From: Chiloscyllium plagiosum
Taxonomy: Eukaryota
Assembly: GCF_004010195.1 (NCBI RefSeq)
Contig: NC_057720.1
Coordinates: 15,895,397 to 15,959,396, forward strand
Reading direction: 5' to 3'
DNA: 64,000 bases
Shown here: positions 38,374-51,493 of the stretch, piece by piece
How positions within the stretch are numbered: the stretch's first letter is position 1
Layout of the letters: every line of letters begins with the position of its first letter
Program-made: the position numbers and the translations under genes
The notes under the pieces: model-generated
Databases searched by the model: none
What the model was told of the DNA's origin: nothing
What the model saw: the letters and a program-made list of their open reading frames with translations, nothing else

Positions 38374-40270
38374 AGCTTTATGTATCAGAGGAAGTGAATC
38401 GAACAAAAAGAAAATTTATTCATACAACTATTAAGGCTGTATGTTAGGAGTAGGCCATTTGGCCCATTCAGCCTGCTTCACCATTCAATAATGTCATGTC
38501 TCGTCTGATGGCAGCCTTAACTCCACTTTCTTATTTACTCAGTTCAGTGTCCTTTGACTCCTTTGTTAGTCAATGTGGGAATGATTTCAGACTGGCAGAG
38601 AGAGAAGGTTGAGGATAGGACCTAATTGGGGCTCCATTCAAGGAAGATGCAGGTGGTTGGATCATGATGGAAACGAGACAGTTAAGGGGCCAGGAAACTG
38701 GAAACTGCTAAAAGATCAAGAGGCACCAGATGAGCTGTGAGTCCAATTAAGAAGAGACTGAACGTGGAAGTCCATTCTGTGAGATGAGAACAGGCTCCCT
38801 TCAGGTGAACTGGGGTCTTGTTTGTACTTGCTTGAAGTTAATATAATGGACTGATAGCTCATGATTGTTGTCTCCTTTACATTGCAGAAACTAAATCCAA
38901 CAGGTTCACAGACCATCTTCACTCGGTTTACCAGTGTGAAACTGAGCTTAGGATGACCTATCATTTTAAATCTGTACTCCGCTTCCAATCTTTGTCCTGA
39001 TTTGCTGCCAACATACAAATGAGCAAGAGTAAACTTCTCAGTCCTTTCCTCCACCATTGAACACAATCATATTTGAGCTGACATTAACCTTTACTCCTGC
39101 AGATCCCCTGATAATCTTTCAGCTCCTTGGTAATCAAGAATCTATCAACCACATAAATATTGAAAGATTCCATATCCACAGCCTTTTAAGGAAGGGAATT
39201 CCAAAGCCCTCTGAGAGAAAAAAAAACTGTTTAAAAGTCCTCCACTTGGTTTTAAACCATTGCATTGCACTTGGTTTTAAATCATTGCATTGACCTTCAG
39301 TAACCATATCTTTTTGATTAGGCACGTTATAAAGAAGGGTCACTCGACCTGAAATGTTAACTCTGATTTCTCTCCACAGATGCTTCCAGACCTGCAGAGC
39401 TTTTCCAGCAGTTTCTGTTTTTGTTTCTGATTTACAGCATCCTCAGTTCTTCTGGTTTGTACTTTGCAACATTCTGGGTTCAGCAATAATTTCAACAATT
39501 TCAACTCAGAAACACAACTCCCAGTTGGTGAAAATCCTGCTATTGCCATTGCCTCGCTTGTAAATCTTTTTGTTTATCCCTTTACTCCCTCAGTATCATC
39601 TCCTTTATGCCTTTCCAGCATCACATCTTTTATCATTTAATCCCTCCTACCATCCGTCCAGTCATGTAGCTTCCCTTTTGTACTTTCCTGGCCTGCTCAC
39701 ATTCCTTAAAACCTGCAACATCTCAAACTTTCCCTGCTTCTGGTGAGGTGTCATTAACTTGAAACATTGGGCTGGATTTTCACCATGGAGGTGGGTGGGA
39801 GAAGTTGGAAAACTTCTCAGCCGAGTGAGTCTGCCTCAGGATACAATACTGTCAAAAGGTGGGATTCCTGTCTGAGGGATTCTTAATTAATGGTTGGGCC
39901 CATCGCCCTGGAAACAGTTCAGGAACATCCACAGGAGTAGCTCAGCGGCAAGACTAGATGCTTTGAATATCTCTTAGATATTGTCTCACATTTTTAATTT
40001 AATATTTGGTCTTCCAGCCCTTATCCTTCACAACCTTATCATTTCAGACACAAGGATAATGTCCCTTCCATTCTAACTCATGCCTCTTTAACCATACCCA
40101 TGCCCCTCATATCCTCAATTTTCATTCCTGTGCACTCAATTTGCATTCCAAGAGAACAAATGTGCTCTAGCATAACAATATATGTGTGGAAAAGTTTTTA
40201 ACAAAATCACTCATTTATTCATAACATTCCTTTTTTTTACTAATGAAACTCTTTAACTACAGAGCTTTTA

Positions 40271-40394
40271 GTGTCAAGAGGAGCAGGAAAATAGACGTTA
40301 TCGGGCATAAGCCATTCAACAGGATGCTGCCTGACCTGCTGTGCTTTTCCAGCACGACATTCTAATCTCCAGCATCTGCAGTCCTCGCTGTTTC
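40271..40394. mobile_element. PLE pLTR insert with internal inversion and 14-bp TSD
   Basis: TSD CTACAGAGCTTTTA / CTACAGAGCCTTTA at 40257-40270 and 40395-40408. A minus-oriented hammerhead half is joined to a plus-oriented 3' end. Confidence 0.75.
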
Positions 40395-40924
40395 CTACAG
40401 AGCCTTTACGCAGTAAAACCTCATTGTGCAAACTTGGCTGGGAGCTCAGATGCTGAGACAGCTACATCCATAGAAACATTGCTTGATTGACAGATCTTTC
40501 TCTTAAAGCTACTTTATCAATCGTATTTATTTGCCTATTTATATAAGACACATGTCAAGTGCTTGTAGTTTCTGTTATTGGTCTTGTAAAAATCTGGAAT
40601 ATTGAAATTACAAAGGGAAAGTTACCATAGTTCCCAAAGGGCAATAAGCTGCGCTCTCATTAGAGACAGACAAGTGGTGGTGGTTTAACCTGAGGGTCAT
40701 TATACCTTAGAGCGAGGGAACAGGTTGAGAAGGATGGTCCTTCATGATAACCTCAGCCAGTGCTGGAAAGGAACGTGTGCTGTGTTGGCATCACTCTATA
40801 TCACAAACCAGCCATCCAACCAACTGAGCCAACTGACTTTCTGAAGCTACAATCAAGCTGCAATAAATACAGTATTTTAAATAAAGTTACAAATGAATTA
40901 CAGGGTTTTTGAAAGCTTTATACA

Positions 40925-41440
40925 CATAAGACATAAAGACCATAATGTACAGAAGCAGAAGTAGGCCATTCAGCCCTTCATATCTGCTCCACCATTCAGT
41001 AATCCTCCATTCCACCTTCCCGTCTTTTCCCCATAAAGATTGATTCCCTTACTGATTAAAAATCTGTCAATCTCAGCCTTGATTTGACTTAGTGACTCAT
41101 CCAACCTCTACAGATCTCTGTGATGGAGAATACCCTCTGACAGAAAAAAAAAGTATCTGTCTTAAATATGTGACACCCTACTCTGAGTTTATACTGTCTG
41201 TCCTAGACTGTCCCATAAGGGGAAGCAACCTTTTATACATCAACCTTATTAAGTTTCTATTAAGATTTTTGTATGTTATAATATGGTTCCTCTCATTCTT
41301 TTACACACCAATGAGTACATGCTAACCTACTCAACCTCTTCTCATTAGTCAATCCCTCCATATCCAAGATCAACCTAGGAAAGCTTCTCTGGACTGTCTC
41401 CCAATGCCAGCATACCAGTGATACTACAGCATTCACCAGT
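40925..41440 (-). mobile_element. CR1-like LINE 3' fragment
   Basis: CATAAGACATAA tail, AGTAGGCCATTCAGCCC and CTTCTCTGGACTGTCTCC motifs. Confidence 0.75.
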
Positions 41441-41574
41441 TGTATTCGAAGTGTACGTTGGATGAATGGTCATCATGGAGTGCCATATGGCGTGGAATGT
41501 ATGAGGGGTCATTCACAGTGTGTGGAGGGGCATAGGGCTGGTATTGAGGAGGCACAATTAATATCCTTTGAACA

Positions 41575-41740
41575 TAAGGCTGGTACAATTGCAACATTTA
41601 AAAGGCATTTGGATGGATACATGAATAGGAAAGGTTTGGAGGGATATGGCTGGTAGGTGGGACTAGATTGGGTTGGGATATCTGGTCGGCATGGACGGGT
41701 TGGACCGAAGGGTCTGTTTCCATGCTATACACCTCTATAT
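41575..41740 (+). mobile_element. CR1/HER1 LINE tail
   Basis: AGTIATFKRHLDGYMNRKGLEGYG, nearly identical to the 60014-60120 region. Confidence 0.85.
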
Positions 41741-41849
41741 CTTTCATAATGCTCATTCATCTGAATTATGGTTCCTAATACATTGGAAGAGCTGGGAACC
41801 ATAAGTCCTTCAAAAGTGAACACAAGCAGTTCATGCATTTTCCATTTTT

Positions 41850-43125
41850 ATTCTAGTGTCCTCAGCCTTCTAGAAACCTCCTCCTCACTTTTTTCTAAAG
41901 CCTTGACATCCTTCCTAAAACACGGTGCTCAGAATTATCCAGTATTCCAGCTGAAAGCGACCTGATATGTTGTGAACAGTTAAGATGATGGCCTTGCTTT
42001 TGTTCTTGATTCTTTCTGTTATAAAATCAAGGATCTTGTATGCTTCTTGAAAGAGACTTCTCAAATTGCTTCAAAAATTTGTATATGTACCATCCCAGCT
42101 CCTTCACTTCCTGTGCTCCCTTTAAAATTGTACCATTTAGTTTATGTTGCCTCTCATCTTCTTACTAAAGTGAATCACTTCACAGTTCCCCGAATTAAAT
42201 TTCATCTGCCATGTGTCTGCCCATTTCGACAATCTGTCTGCATCTTCCTGAAATCTGTTACTGTTCTCTTCAATGTTTACTACATTTCCAAGTTTCGTGT
42301 CATCTGCAAACTTTGAAATTATGCCATGTCTAAATCCAAATCCTGATCATTTATACACATCAAAAAAAGTAGCAATGCCAACATTGATCTCTGGGGGGCA
42401 TATCCACACATTTCCTTCCACTGTGAAAAGCAACTGTTATTCCACACTTCCCTATCCCTGCAGTTATTTTTCCTTTAATGCTATGTCATTAATTTTACTA
42501 ACAAGTCTACCATACATTCATTTCAACCACAGTTTGAAGATTGCTGCACACATTAACCATGCTTCACTCATCAACCTTCCCAGTTACTTCTGTTGCATGT
42601 GTATAATTAAGCAATGTTTGGAATATTGTGGAATAGTCTGGTCACCACATTACCAGAAGGATGTAAAGGCTTTGGAAAGGGTACAGAAACAATTTACCAG
42701 GAGGCTGCCTGGTTCGGAGGGTATTAGCTCTGAGGAGGGATTGGACAAACATTGTTTGTTTTCACTTGAACATTGAAGGATGAGGGGCAACCTAATAGAT
42801 GTTGAGAATAGTAGAATGGATAGTCGGAGTCTTTTTCCCAGGTTAGAAATGTCAATTACTAGGGGGCATTGGCTTAAGGTAAAAACGGGTAAGGTTAAAG
42901 AAGATGGGAGAGGTAGTTATTTAACACAGAGAGTGGTAAGTGCCTGGAACTTACTGCCAGAGGAAGCGGAGGAGGCAGGTACAATAGCAATGTTTAAAAG
43001 GCAGGGAAGATAGAGACATGGACCACATCGAAGCAAAAGGTTTTCCATTCAGAAAGATGTCATGTGTCAACACAATCTTGATGGGCCAAAGGGCCTGTTC
43101 CTGTGCTGCACTGTTCTTTGTTCTT
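41850..43125. mobile_element. Two oppositely oriented CR1 fragments (minus 41850-42560, plus 42600-43125)
   Basis: Minus strand KFADDT-like sequence (GTGTCATCTGCAAACTT on plus). Plus strand LEYCGIVWSPHYQKDVKALERVQ. Confidence 0.75.
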
Positions 43126-44819
43126 GTGATGGTCTTCTACATTAAAGCTGATGGCTCTGGCCACAATGCTACATATTTCAGCATGTTACATTTCATTGAA
43201 TCAGCACACAACCTATAGTTTCTTCCCACATTCTGCTTTGTGGAAAACACTACAACAATTGCCAAGACCTCCTGCTGCTCTCCGATGAATAGGTTTTCAA
43301 GCTAAGGCTGCACTGGCCCCTTTAGTGACTATAAAAAAGATTTCAGTGCTTCTTAAAGAGGACAGCATTTTGACCAATATTTATTCCTCGTTAAATAATT
43401 CTACTAGTGGAAAACTTGCTATGCTAACTTCCTCCTTTCTCTAAATTTCAGCAAGTGGTAAAGTATTGCATCAACTTTCCAAGCCTCTTTTGACAGCCAA
43501 CATGTTCCAGTCCACAAGGTCTACCAACAAGAACAAGACTAGCAAACACCTGGGAACATTATCGGTTCCCCTCCAACCCATACAACATTCTAATCAGGAA
43601 ATATATCACTGTTTCTTCATTGTCTTTGGACAAAATTGTGGTGCTTACTACACGGTGCAGAGATATCTATACTGCAGCAATTCAAGAAAGTGTCTCAGCA
43701 CAACCTTGCCAAAGACAATTAATTATGGGCAATAATGCTAGTGATGACTAAACCAGTGATGACTAAACCCCATATACTAATTACAAAATACTGAAAGTTG
43801 TTATGTTAACTTAAACAGAGACAATTTAGTCACCCTGCAGTGTAGGAAAATAACAACTTTTGTGCATTCAATAACATACTGCGTAGTAACATTTATCTCT
43901 TCTGAAGATAATCATACTAATCTAGAGCACTATAATTCTATGACATTTTCATCAGTAGCATAAGCAATCATGCATGATTCTTTTCATGCTTTCAAAGAAC
44001 AGAGAGATATACTAAGGCTTTTGTTGTCCTCTTATTTAAACAATGATAGTGCGCTCCAAGTGTAATTTACTCCTGTTGGGATTACAGAAGTATGGAACAT
44101 ATGTGCAAATACAACTTATTAAAGCAGCGCTAATATGTTATGAAAATGGTAATGTTCTTCTGGTGCGTACAATACTTGATTACTGTAGGGTATGATAATA
44201 CATTGGATATGTACCTGGGACAAGTCATCTAGAAGATTGGATATTCTGGATTTGTAGAATCAAATCCCTGACCTCAGAGGTAAATTCAGTTCATTCAATA
44301 AATTGGGAATAAAGAACTAGTATCAGCTGGTTTTGTGACTCTGAAACTGTCAGAGTGTTAAAAGAAACTCTGGCTCACTTTAAAAATTAACTATCTTTAC
44401 CCAATTTGGCCTGCATGTGACTTCAGACTCATGACACTGTGGTCTGAAATGACCTGGTGAGTTACAGTTATATTCAAGAAACTAATCACTAGTCAAAACC
44501 ACCCACCACAATCCCTTCCGTTTCCCTCTCATTCCCCCATTTCATCAGAGTCAACAAATGCTGGCCTTACCAGTGATAACAATGCTCTGTGGATGAATAA
44601 AATTAAATACTGCAATGAACCAGGAGTTGTCCAAGTCCCAGGGAGGCAAACAGGATGGCCCCATTTCTGGAGGTCATGCTGGGAGATGGCAAAGAGCCAG
44701 GGCATTTTTGACTTGAGTCTGCAAGACGATGTCTATTTGAACAGATTACATCAACCAAGAGTTCATTCTCCTGGATTTAGAAGCGATTTATTTCAAAGAA
44801 ACATGAATTATGTAAGAAC

Positions 44820-45055
44820 AAAGCAAAGAACCATGGATGCTGGAAATTTGAAACAAAAACAGAAATTGCTGGAGAAACTCAGCAGGTCTGGCAGCACCTG
44901 GGCAGAGAAAGCAGAGTCAATGTTTTGGGTCCAGTGACTCTTCATCAGAACAGTTCTGAAGAAGGATTACTGGACCCGAAACATTAACCCTGCTTTCTCC
45001 CCAAATATCCTGCCAGACCTGCTGAGTTTCTTTAGCAATGTCTGGTTTTGTTCTG
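44820..45055. mobile_element. Inverted pair of PLE pLTRs centred on two divergent hammerhead motifs
   Basis: Centre TTCATCAGAACAGTTCTGAAGAA. Plus strand CTGAAGA..GACCC-GAAA-CATT; minus strand CTGATGA..GACCC-AAAA-CATT. Confidence 0.75.
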
Positions 45056-45067
45056 AATTAAACGAGG

Positions 45068-45610
45068 ACATAGAACATAGAACATTACAGCGCAGTACAG
45101 GCCCTTCGGCCCTCGATGTTGCTCCACCTGGAAAACCAATCTGAAGCCCATCTAACCAACACTATTCCGTTCTCGTCCATATGCCTAGCCAATGACCATT
45201 TAAGTGCATGTAAAGTTGACAAGTCCACAACTGTTGCAGGCAGTGTGTTCCACACCCCTACTACTCTCTGAGTAAAGAAACTACCTCTGACCATCTGTCC
45301 TATATCTATCACCCCTCAATCTAAACCTATGCCTCGTCATTCTAGCCATCACCATCCAAGGAAAAGGCTCTCACTGTTCATTCGATCTAACCCTCTGATT
45401 ATCTTACATGTCTCAATTAAGTCACCTCACAACCTTCTTCTCTCTAATGAAAACAGCCTTAAGTCCCTCAGCCTTTCCTCATAAGACCTTCCCTCCATAC
45501 CAGGCAACCTCCTAGTAAATCTCCTCTGAACCCTTTCCATACCTTCCACATCCTTCCTATAATGCGGTAACTAAAGCTGCACGCAATACTTCAAGTGCAG
45601 CCGCACCATC
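45068..45610 (-). mobile_element. CR1-like LINE 3' fragment
   Basis: FFTQRVVGVWNTLP and (CATAGAA)n tail. Confidence 0.85.
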
Positions 45611-45619
45611 AGGACAGTA

Positions 45620-46830
45620 AGCATGGATATGTTCAGGGAAGGGTCTGGCTGCCGAAATGAGGAAATTACTTGAGGGAGGCTGATGATGGCAGCACATTTG
45701 ATGTAGTTTACAGAGATTTTAGCTTAACTTTTCGTAAGGCCTCAAATGTAGAGGAAGTAAAGATTTACGGAATCCAAAGATAGGTGGGTAGTTGCAACAA
45801 ACTTGACAAAAAATGAAAGGTTGATGTTGATGGCTGTTTTTGTGATTGGGAGGTAGTTTCTCAGGGTGTTCTGCAGGACTCAGTGTGGGTCCCTTACTTT
45901 TCTTGACATCTATCATCAGTTCAGACTTACATCTCAAAAACATGAGTCAGATGTTTGGACCTGACAGAAAGATTGGCGTTTGATCATGAGAAAGAAGGCA
46001 GTTGACTGCAGAAAAATGGTCAGTGGCCGGTCATATGACTAAAAAGGTAGCAGATCAAATTCGATCTGGACAAGTGTGGGGCATTGTAATCAGGGTCAAG
46101 AAAAGGGCAGAGGAATATACAATAAATACATCACCGAGCATTGTAGAGGAACAGAGAGATCTTGCAGTAAATGTCCACACATAACTGGACATAGATGGAC
46201 AGTTTGATAAGATGGTTAAAACTGCATATTCCTTTATTAGCTGAGACATACAATATTGTGAGCATGGAAGTTATGCCAGAACTGTATAAGATACTCATTT
46301 GACCAGAGCCACAGGATCTTGTACAGTTCTGGTCAACACATTACATGAGCATGTGACTGCACAAAAGACGTTATAGAGATTTATAGGGATGTTGCCTGGA
46401 ACAGAGAACTTTAACCACAAGGAAAGGTTGGGACAGCTCAGGTTGTTTTCATTGGAATATTGAAGGGTAAAGTATTAATTGCAGTGAATAAATTATGAGG
46501 AACCTGGATAAAGCAGTGAGGCAGGATTTATTACCATTAGCAGAGAAGCCAATAACCTGTGAATATGGAATTAACATAATTAACAAAGGGGTTAGAGGGG
46601 GATTGAGGTGTTTTTCACCCAGAAGACAGTGGAGGTCATGCACTACAGTCTGAAAGAGTGATGGAGGAAAAAAACTCTCATCACATTAAAAAATGCACTT
46701 GGAATGCATTTGAGGTGCCTTAACTATGAGGCTATTAAGAGCTGGAAAATGTGTTTCAGTAAGACGATGCATTTTTGGATGACTCAGATACAATGGGCTG
46801 AATGGCCTCCTCTGTGCTGCAAATGTTCTA
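45620..46830 (+). mobile_element. Old CR1-like LINE fragment
   Basis: Degenerate SGVLQDSV.GPLL and EEQRDLAV motifs plus 3' tail. Confidence 0.65.
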
Positions 46831-47819
46831 TGTTTGCGCACAAAGTTTCAGCAGCTATAGAGAATCCAACAGCTTCTCATTTTAGTGACTAGCTGATATT
46901 TACTTCTTGCCTAGATTTTCATCATCAGCTTTGCTTATTTGATTTCAACGTGGGTTTAATCTACTTGGATTTTGCCTTCCTTAAAATTAGCCGCGATTCA
47001 GAGTACAAAATACTGCTCTTTGTGAAGCTGGTATCAGTTTTTATACCTTTGCCATTTATAATAATATTTTTTAATTAGTTACTTGCAGTTAGTGGAACTG
47101 TGTATGAAAATTGCAGTTTATTGCTTGTTTACTACACTTTCATTAACCTTAGATATTAATTTCTGTGCAAGCATTTGCTGGAGAAAAAATGTAGGTAATG
47201 ACACACAACTAAATAGAATTATTTTCCATATTATAAAATAATGTGTTCCATGTTTGCTTTCTTTGAATTTATCTTCAATTTTCTCCTTTCTGTGTGCTAG
47301 TGGAATAGATGATTAAACTTCCAGCTAATCTTGTTCTGTTTCTTTTCCAGATGCTTCACATTGTCACTATTGTACCTATTACAGTTGGTTCTGGGTAACT
47401 GTATGTATGAAGGTGACTAGTCAGAAAGGAAAGAAATATGAGGGAGCAGAAAGCAAGTCCAGGTGAGCAATTTTTTGTTGAATTCATGCTGAAGATGACC
47501 CTCATGATGGGTGAAGCTCACTGGTAAAGATCTATCAACAATCAGACAAAGCTAGAAACACAGATTTATGTCAGAGACTTGACATCTCATATAATGTGTT
47601 AATTAGGCACACCTTCTCAGAAAAACAGGACTTTTTGTATGGTCCCAAGACAAGACCATCAAAGAATTTCATGAAAATATGTTTGAAACCCAGTGTTATC
47701 CTCACACCACAAATAAAATCAAGGATTGCCATATGATGAAAAAATGGGATTTGATTTCTGGGCATTTCTGGGTATAATGCAGAAGATGTAGGATCAGTTC
47801 ATTCCAAAAAGGAAGAAAG

Positions 47820-49325
47820 ATCCTAAGGGGAGGCAGGGGTGGCCGTGGCTGATGAGGGAAGTTGAGGACCATATAAAGACAAAAGGGAAATGTATAACAT
47901 AGCAAAGATGAGTGGGAAATCGGAGGACTGAGAAGCTTTTAAAGAACAACAGAGGATTACTAAAAAGGAAATACGCAAAGAAAAAATAAGGTACGAAGGT
48001 AAACTGGCCAAAAATATAAAGGAGGATAGTAAAGGCTTTTTTAGGTAAGTGAAAAGAAAAAAAAAGGTTAAGACTAAAATTGGGCCCTTGAAGACAGAAA
48101 CGGGTGAATTTATTATGGAAGACATGAGCAACCTCCCAGATGTAATAGTGGCTAAAGGACCTGAACTGAAGGGAATTTATATTTGCCAGGAAATGGTGTT
48201 GGAGAGACTGTTAGGTCTGAAGGCTGATAAGTCCCTGGGACCTGATGGTCTGCATCCCAGGGTACTGAAGGAGGTGACTCCTGAAATCGTGGATGCATTG
48301 GTGATTATTTTCCAATGTTCTAGGGATCAGTGCTGCGACTGCAGCTTTTTACAATGTACATTAATGATATAGATGAAGGTATTAAAAGTAATATCAGCAA
48401 ATTTGCTGATGACACAAAGCTGGGTGGCAGGGTGAAATGTGAGAAGGATGTTTGGAGAATACAGGGTGACCTGGACAGGTTAGGTGAGTGATTGGATGCA
48501 TGGCAGATGCAGTTTAATATGGATAAATGTATGGTTATCCACTTTGGTGGCAAGAACAGGAAGGCAGATTACTACCTAAATAGAGTCAAGTTAGGTAAAG
48601 GGGCCGTACAACGAGATCTAGGTGTTCTTGTACATCAGTCAATAAAAGCAAGCATGCAGGTACAGCAGGTAGTGAAGAAAGCTAATAGCATGCTGGCCTT
48701 CATAACAAAAGGAGTTGAGTATAGAACCAAAGAGGTCCTTCTGCAGCTGTACACATCCCTAGTGAGACCGCACCTGGAATATTGTGTGCAGTTCTGGTCT
48801 CCACATTTGAGGAAAGACATTCTGGCTATTGAGGGAGTGCAGCGTAGGTTCACGAGATCAATTCCTGGAATGGCAGGATTATCTTACGCTGCGAGATGGG
48901 AGCAACTGGGCTTGAATACACTTGAGTTTAGAAGGCTGAGAGAGGATCTGATTGAGACGTATAAGATTATTAAAGGATTGGACACTCTGGAGGCAGGAAG
49001 CATGTTTCCACTGATGGGTGAGTCCTGAACCAGTGGACACAGTTTAAAAATAGGCCACTTAGAACAGAGTTGAGGAGAAACGTCTTCACCCAGAGAGTGG
49101 TGGCTGTATGGAATGCTCTGCCCCAAAGGCTGTGGAGGCCCAGTCTCTGGATACTTTCAAGAAAGATTTGGATAGAGCTCTTAAGGAAATCAAGGGTTAT
49201 GGGGATAAGGCAGGAACAGGATACTGATTGAGGATAATCAGCCATGAACATAATGAATGGTGGTGCTTGCTCAAAGGGCAGAATGGTCTACTCCTGCACC
49301 TATTGTCTATTGTCTATTGTCTATT
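47820..49325 (+). mobile_element. CR1-clade LINE ORF2 fragment (relatively young, internally deleted)
   Basis: KADKSLGPDGLHPRVLKE, SKFADDTKLGG and a 178-aa ORF WQMQFNMDKC..RPHLEYCVQFWSPH. Tail (CTATTGT)n. Confidence 0.92.
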
Positions 49326-50331
49326 TATTCATTCAACATGAACCTAAAACCTTAACTATAAATGGGTATAATCTGATGCCAAAAACAGAAACAAATGTTT
49401 CATGTAAATTGAACTGATGCTTATTCAATTGCCTGAGCTGGCTTAAAATGACAGAATTTAAAATTGTGTTAATTTAATTTCTGTTGCTGGAATTTATTCT
49501 ATTTAGTTTTTTAAAAAGCAAGATAAATAATTTAACATGGTTCTAATTTTATATGTAGACTTTATGGTTATTCCTGGAGCTCCTTATATCTTACCATGTG
49601 AGACAGGAAGAGGCTATTTCACTCCTTGAACCTGCTCCACCATTTAGTATGATTAAGATCATGGCTATTGTTATTGTAATTTTGTGCTGATACTATGGCT
49701 TTAAGAGGTGTATTGTCCTGGTGTTTTTAGTGTAGAAAAGTTGAGACAGAGGTGTTGTGCAGCCTGCCAAAGACAATAAAGTAAACAGCCTTTGAGGCTT
49801 TTGTTAAAAAGTTGGAACAATAGAAGCAGCCTGAATGGGTGGGGTCGAGCTCCCACAGAAACAGGATTTTAGTTTTAGCTTTCAGTAGTCTTGAAGCTGG
49901 AATGTGAAAGCTGTTATTCCCTGCTCTGTTACAGATAAAAGCTGGAATTCTCTTCCTGCTGCTCAACTTGCATGTGAGACAATCTATTTTACTGAATTTT
50001 GGAGTGTAACAGTTGGAGAAGGCCCATTAGTGGGTGGGGGATTGCAATGTACAATTTCTCAGTAATGCAGAGAACTTGCAAACCTCTTGCCATCAATTGC
50101 TCCTGTATTTCTATGTCGAGAATCCGCTCTCAAAGTCCTGACTTCAGTGCTGCACAAAGTTCAATGGCATCACGAACGTGGGTCTCCTGGGTTTTTAAAT
50201 AACATTCGCGATCTGCAGTGCTAGTACTTTAACCATGACATCAAAACCCATGCCGACACATTGAGGTTTCTGCACACCGCCAGCTATTCAGCTGGTGACA
50301 GGTACATCATCAATGCTTAGGGAAATTCTTC

Positions 50332-50620
50332 CCACTCTCCTGAAAGACACTACTCAGACCCCTTGGCATCATGGTAGCCCACAAACCCACCAACACAGTG
50401 AAACAGCAGCTAATGAACTTGAAAGACACAATACAGACAAAAGCAAAACTAATGTCATTTACAAAATACCGTGCAAGAACTGTAACAAACACTACATTGG
50501 ACAAACAGGCAGAAAACTAGCCACCAGGATACATGAACATCAACTAGCCACAAAAACAGATGACCCCCTCTCACTAGTATCCTTACATACAGATGAGGAA
50601 GGACACCACTTTGATAGGGA
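50332..50620 (+). mobile_element. Penelope-like (Poseidon-type) GIY-YIG endonuclease fragment
   Basis: NVIYKIPCKNCNKHYIGQTGRKLATRIHEH..H...EGHHFD. Confidence 0.88.
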
Positions 50621-50621
50621 C

Positions 50622-50820
50622 AAGGTTTGGAGATGCTGGTGTTGAACTGGGGTGTACAAAGTTAAAAATCACACAACACCAGGTTATCGTCCAACAGGTT
50701 TAATTGGAAGCACTAGCTTTTGGAGCGACGCTCCTTCATCAGGTGGTTGTGGAGGACACTTTTGTAAGACACAGAATTTATAGCAAAAGTTTACAGTGTG
50801 GTGTAACTGAAATATATAAC
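50622..50820 (-). mobile_element. PLE pLTR with hammerhead motif
   Basis: Minus strand CTGATGA-A-GGAGC-GTC-GCTCC-AAAA-GCTA. The related copy at about 25989 retains GAAAGCTA. Confidence 0.75.
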
Positions 50821-51080
50821 GGCACTTCACAGCAGGCTTGAAAGATCTCTTCCTGCTCTAGTCCTGTACTTCTTTGCTCATCTCCATCTCTTCCTTTTGT
50901 TGAGCTGGTTGATGGAAGCCTGATGGCATGGCCTGTGAACCCACAATGGCCAGTTTGTGGAGGATGCAGCAAACCATCTCAAATCACAACCCGTCTCCTG
51001 GCGACCACTGGAGGACTCCCCTGAATGGTTTTCACATTGAAGGCATGCTTCAAGATATTGTTGGTGCTCTGCACCAAATA

Positions 51081-51381
51081 ATTAGATTAGATTCCCTACA
51101 GTGTGGAAACAGGCCCTTCGACCCAACCAGTCCACACGACCCTCCGAAGAGCAACCCACTCAGACACATTTCCCTCTGACTAATGCACCTAACACTATGG
51201 GCAATTTAGCATGGCCAATTCACCTGACCTGCGGGAGGAAACTGGACCACCCGGAGGAAACCCACGCAGACACAGGGAGAACATGCAAACTTCACACAGA
51301 CAGTCACCCGAGGCAGGAATCGATCCCGGGTCCTTGGTGCTGCGAGGCAGCAGTGCTAACCACTGAGCCACTGTGCTGCCC
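51081..51381 (-). mobile_element. HE1-like SINE
   Basis: Head and tail on the minus strand with (AATCT)n. Confidence 0.9.
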
Positions 51382-51420
51382 AAAATAAAGTTGTCAAAGG
51401 ATAAGCCATGAAGAGTTAGA

Positions 51421-51493
51421 CACCCCAGATGGGACTTGAACCGACAATCCCTAGCTTAGGAGGCTAGTGCCTTATCCATTAGGCCACTGGGGC
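51421..51493 (-). tRNA. tRNA-Arg-CCT: tRNA-Arg(CCT)
   Basis: GCCCCAGTGGCCTAATGGATAAGGCACTAGCCTCCTAAGCTAGGGATTGTCGGTTCAAGTCCCATCTGGGGTG. 73-nt cloverleaf with anticodon CCT and A/B boxes. One C:C mismatch in the T stem. Confidence 0.9.

Noticed and set aside
39243..39292. Short tandem duplications (25 bp here, 15 bp at about 43740, 11 bp at about 55920)
   Set aside because: Ordinary slippage-type micro-duplications.
49670..50000. Possible solo LTR
   Set aside because: No second copy, and no TG..CA ends or TSD could be established by eye.
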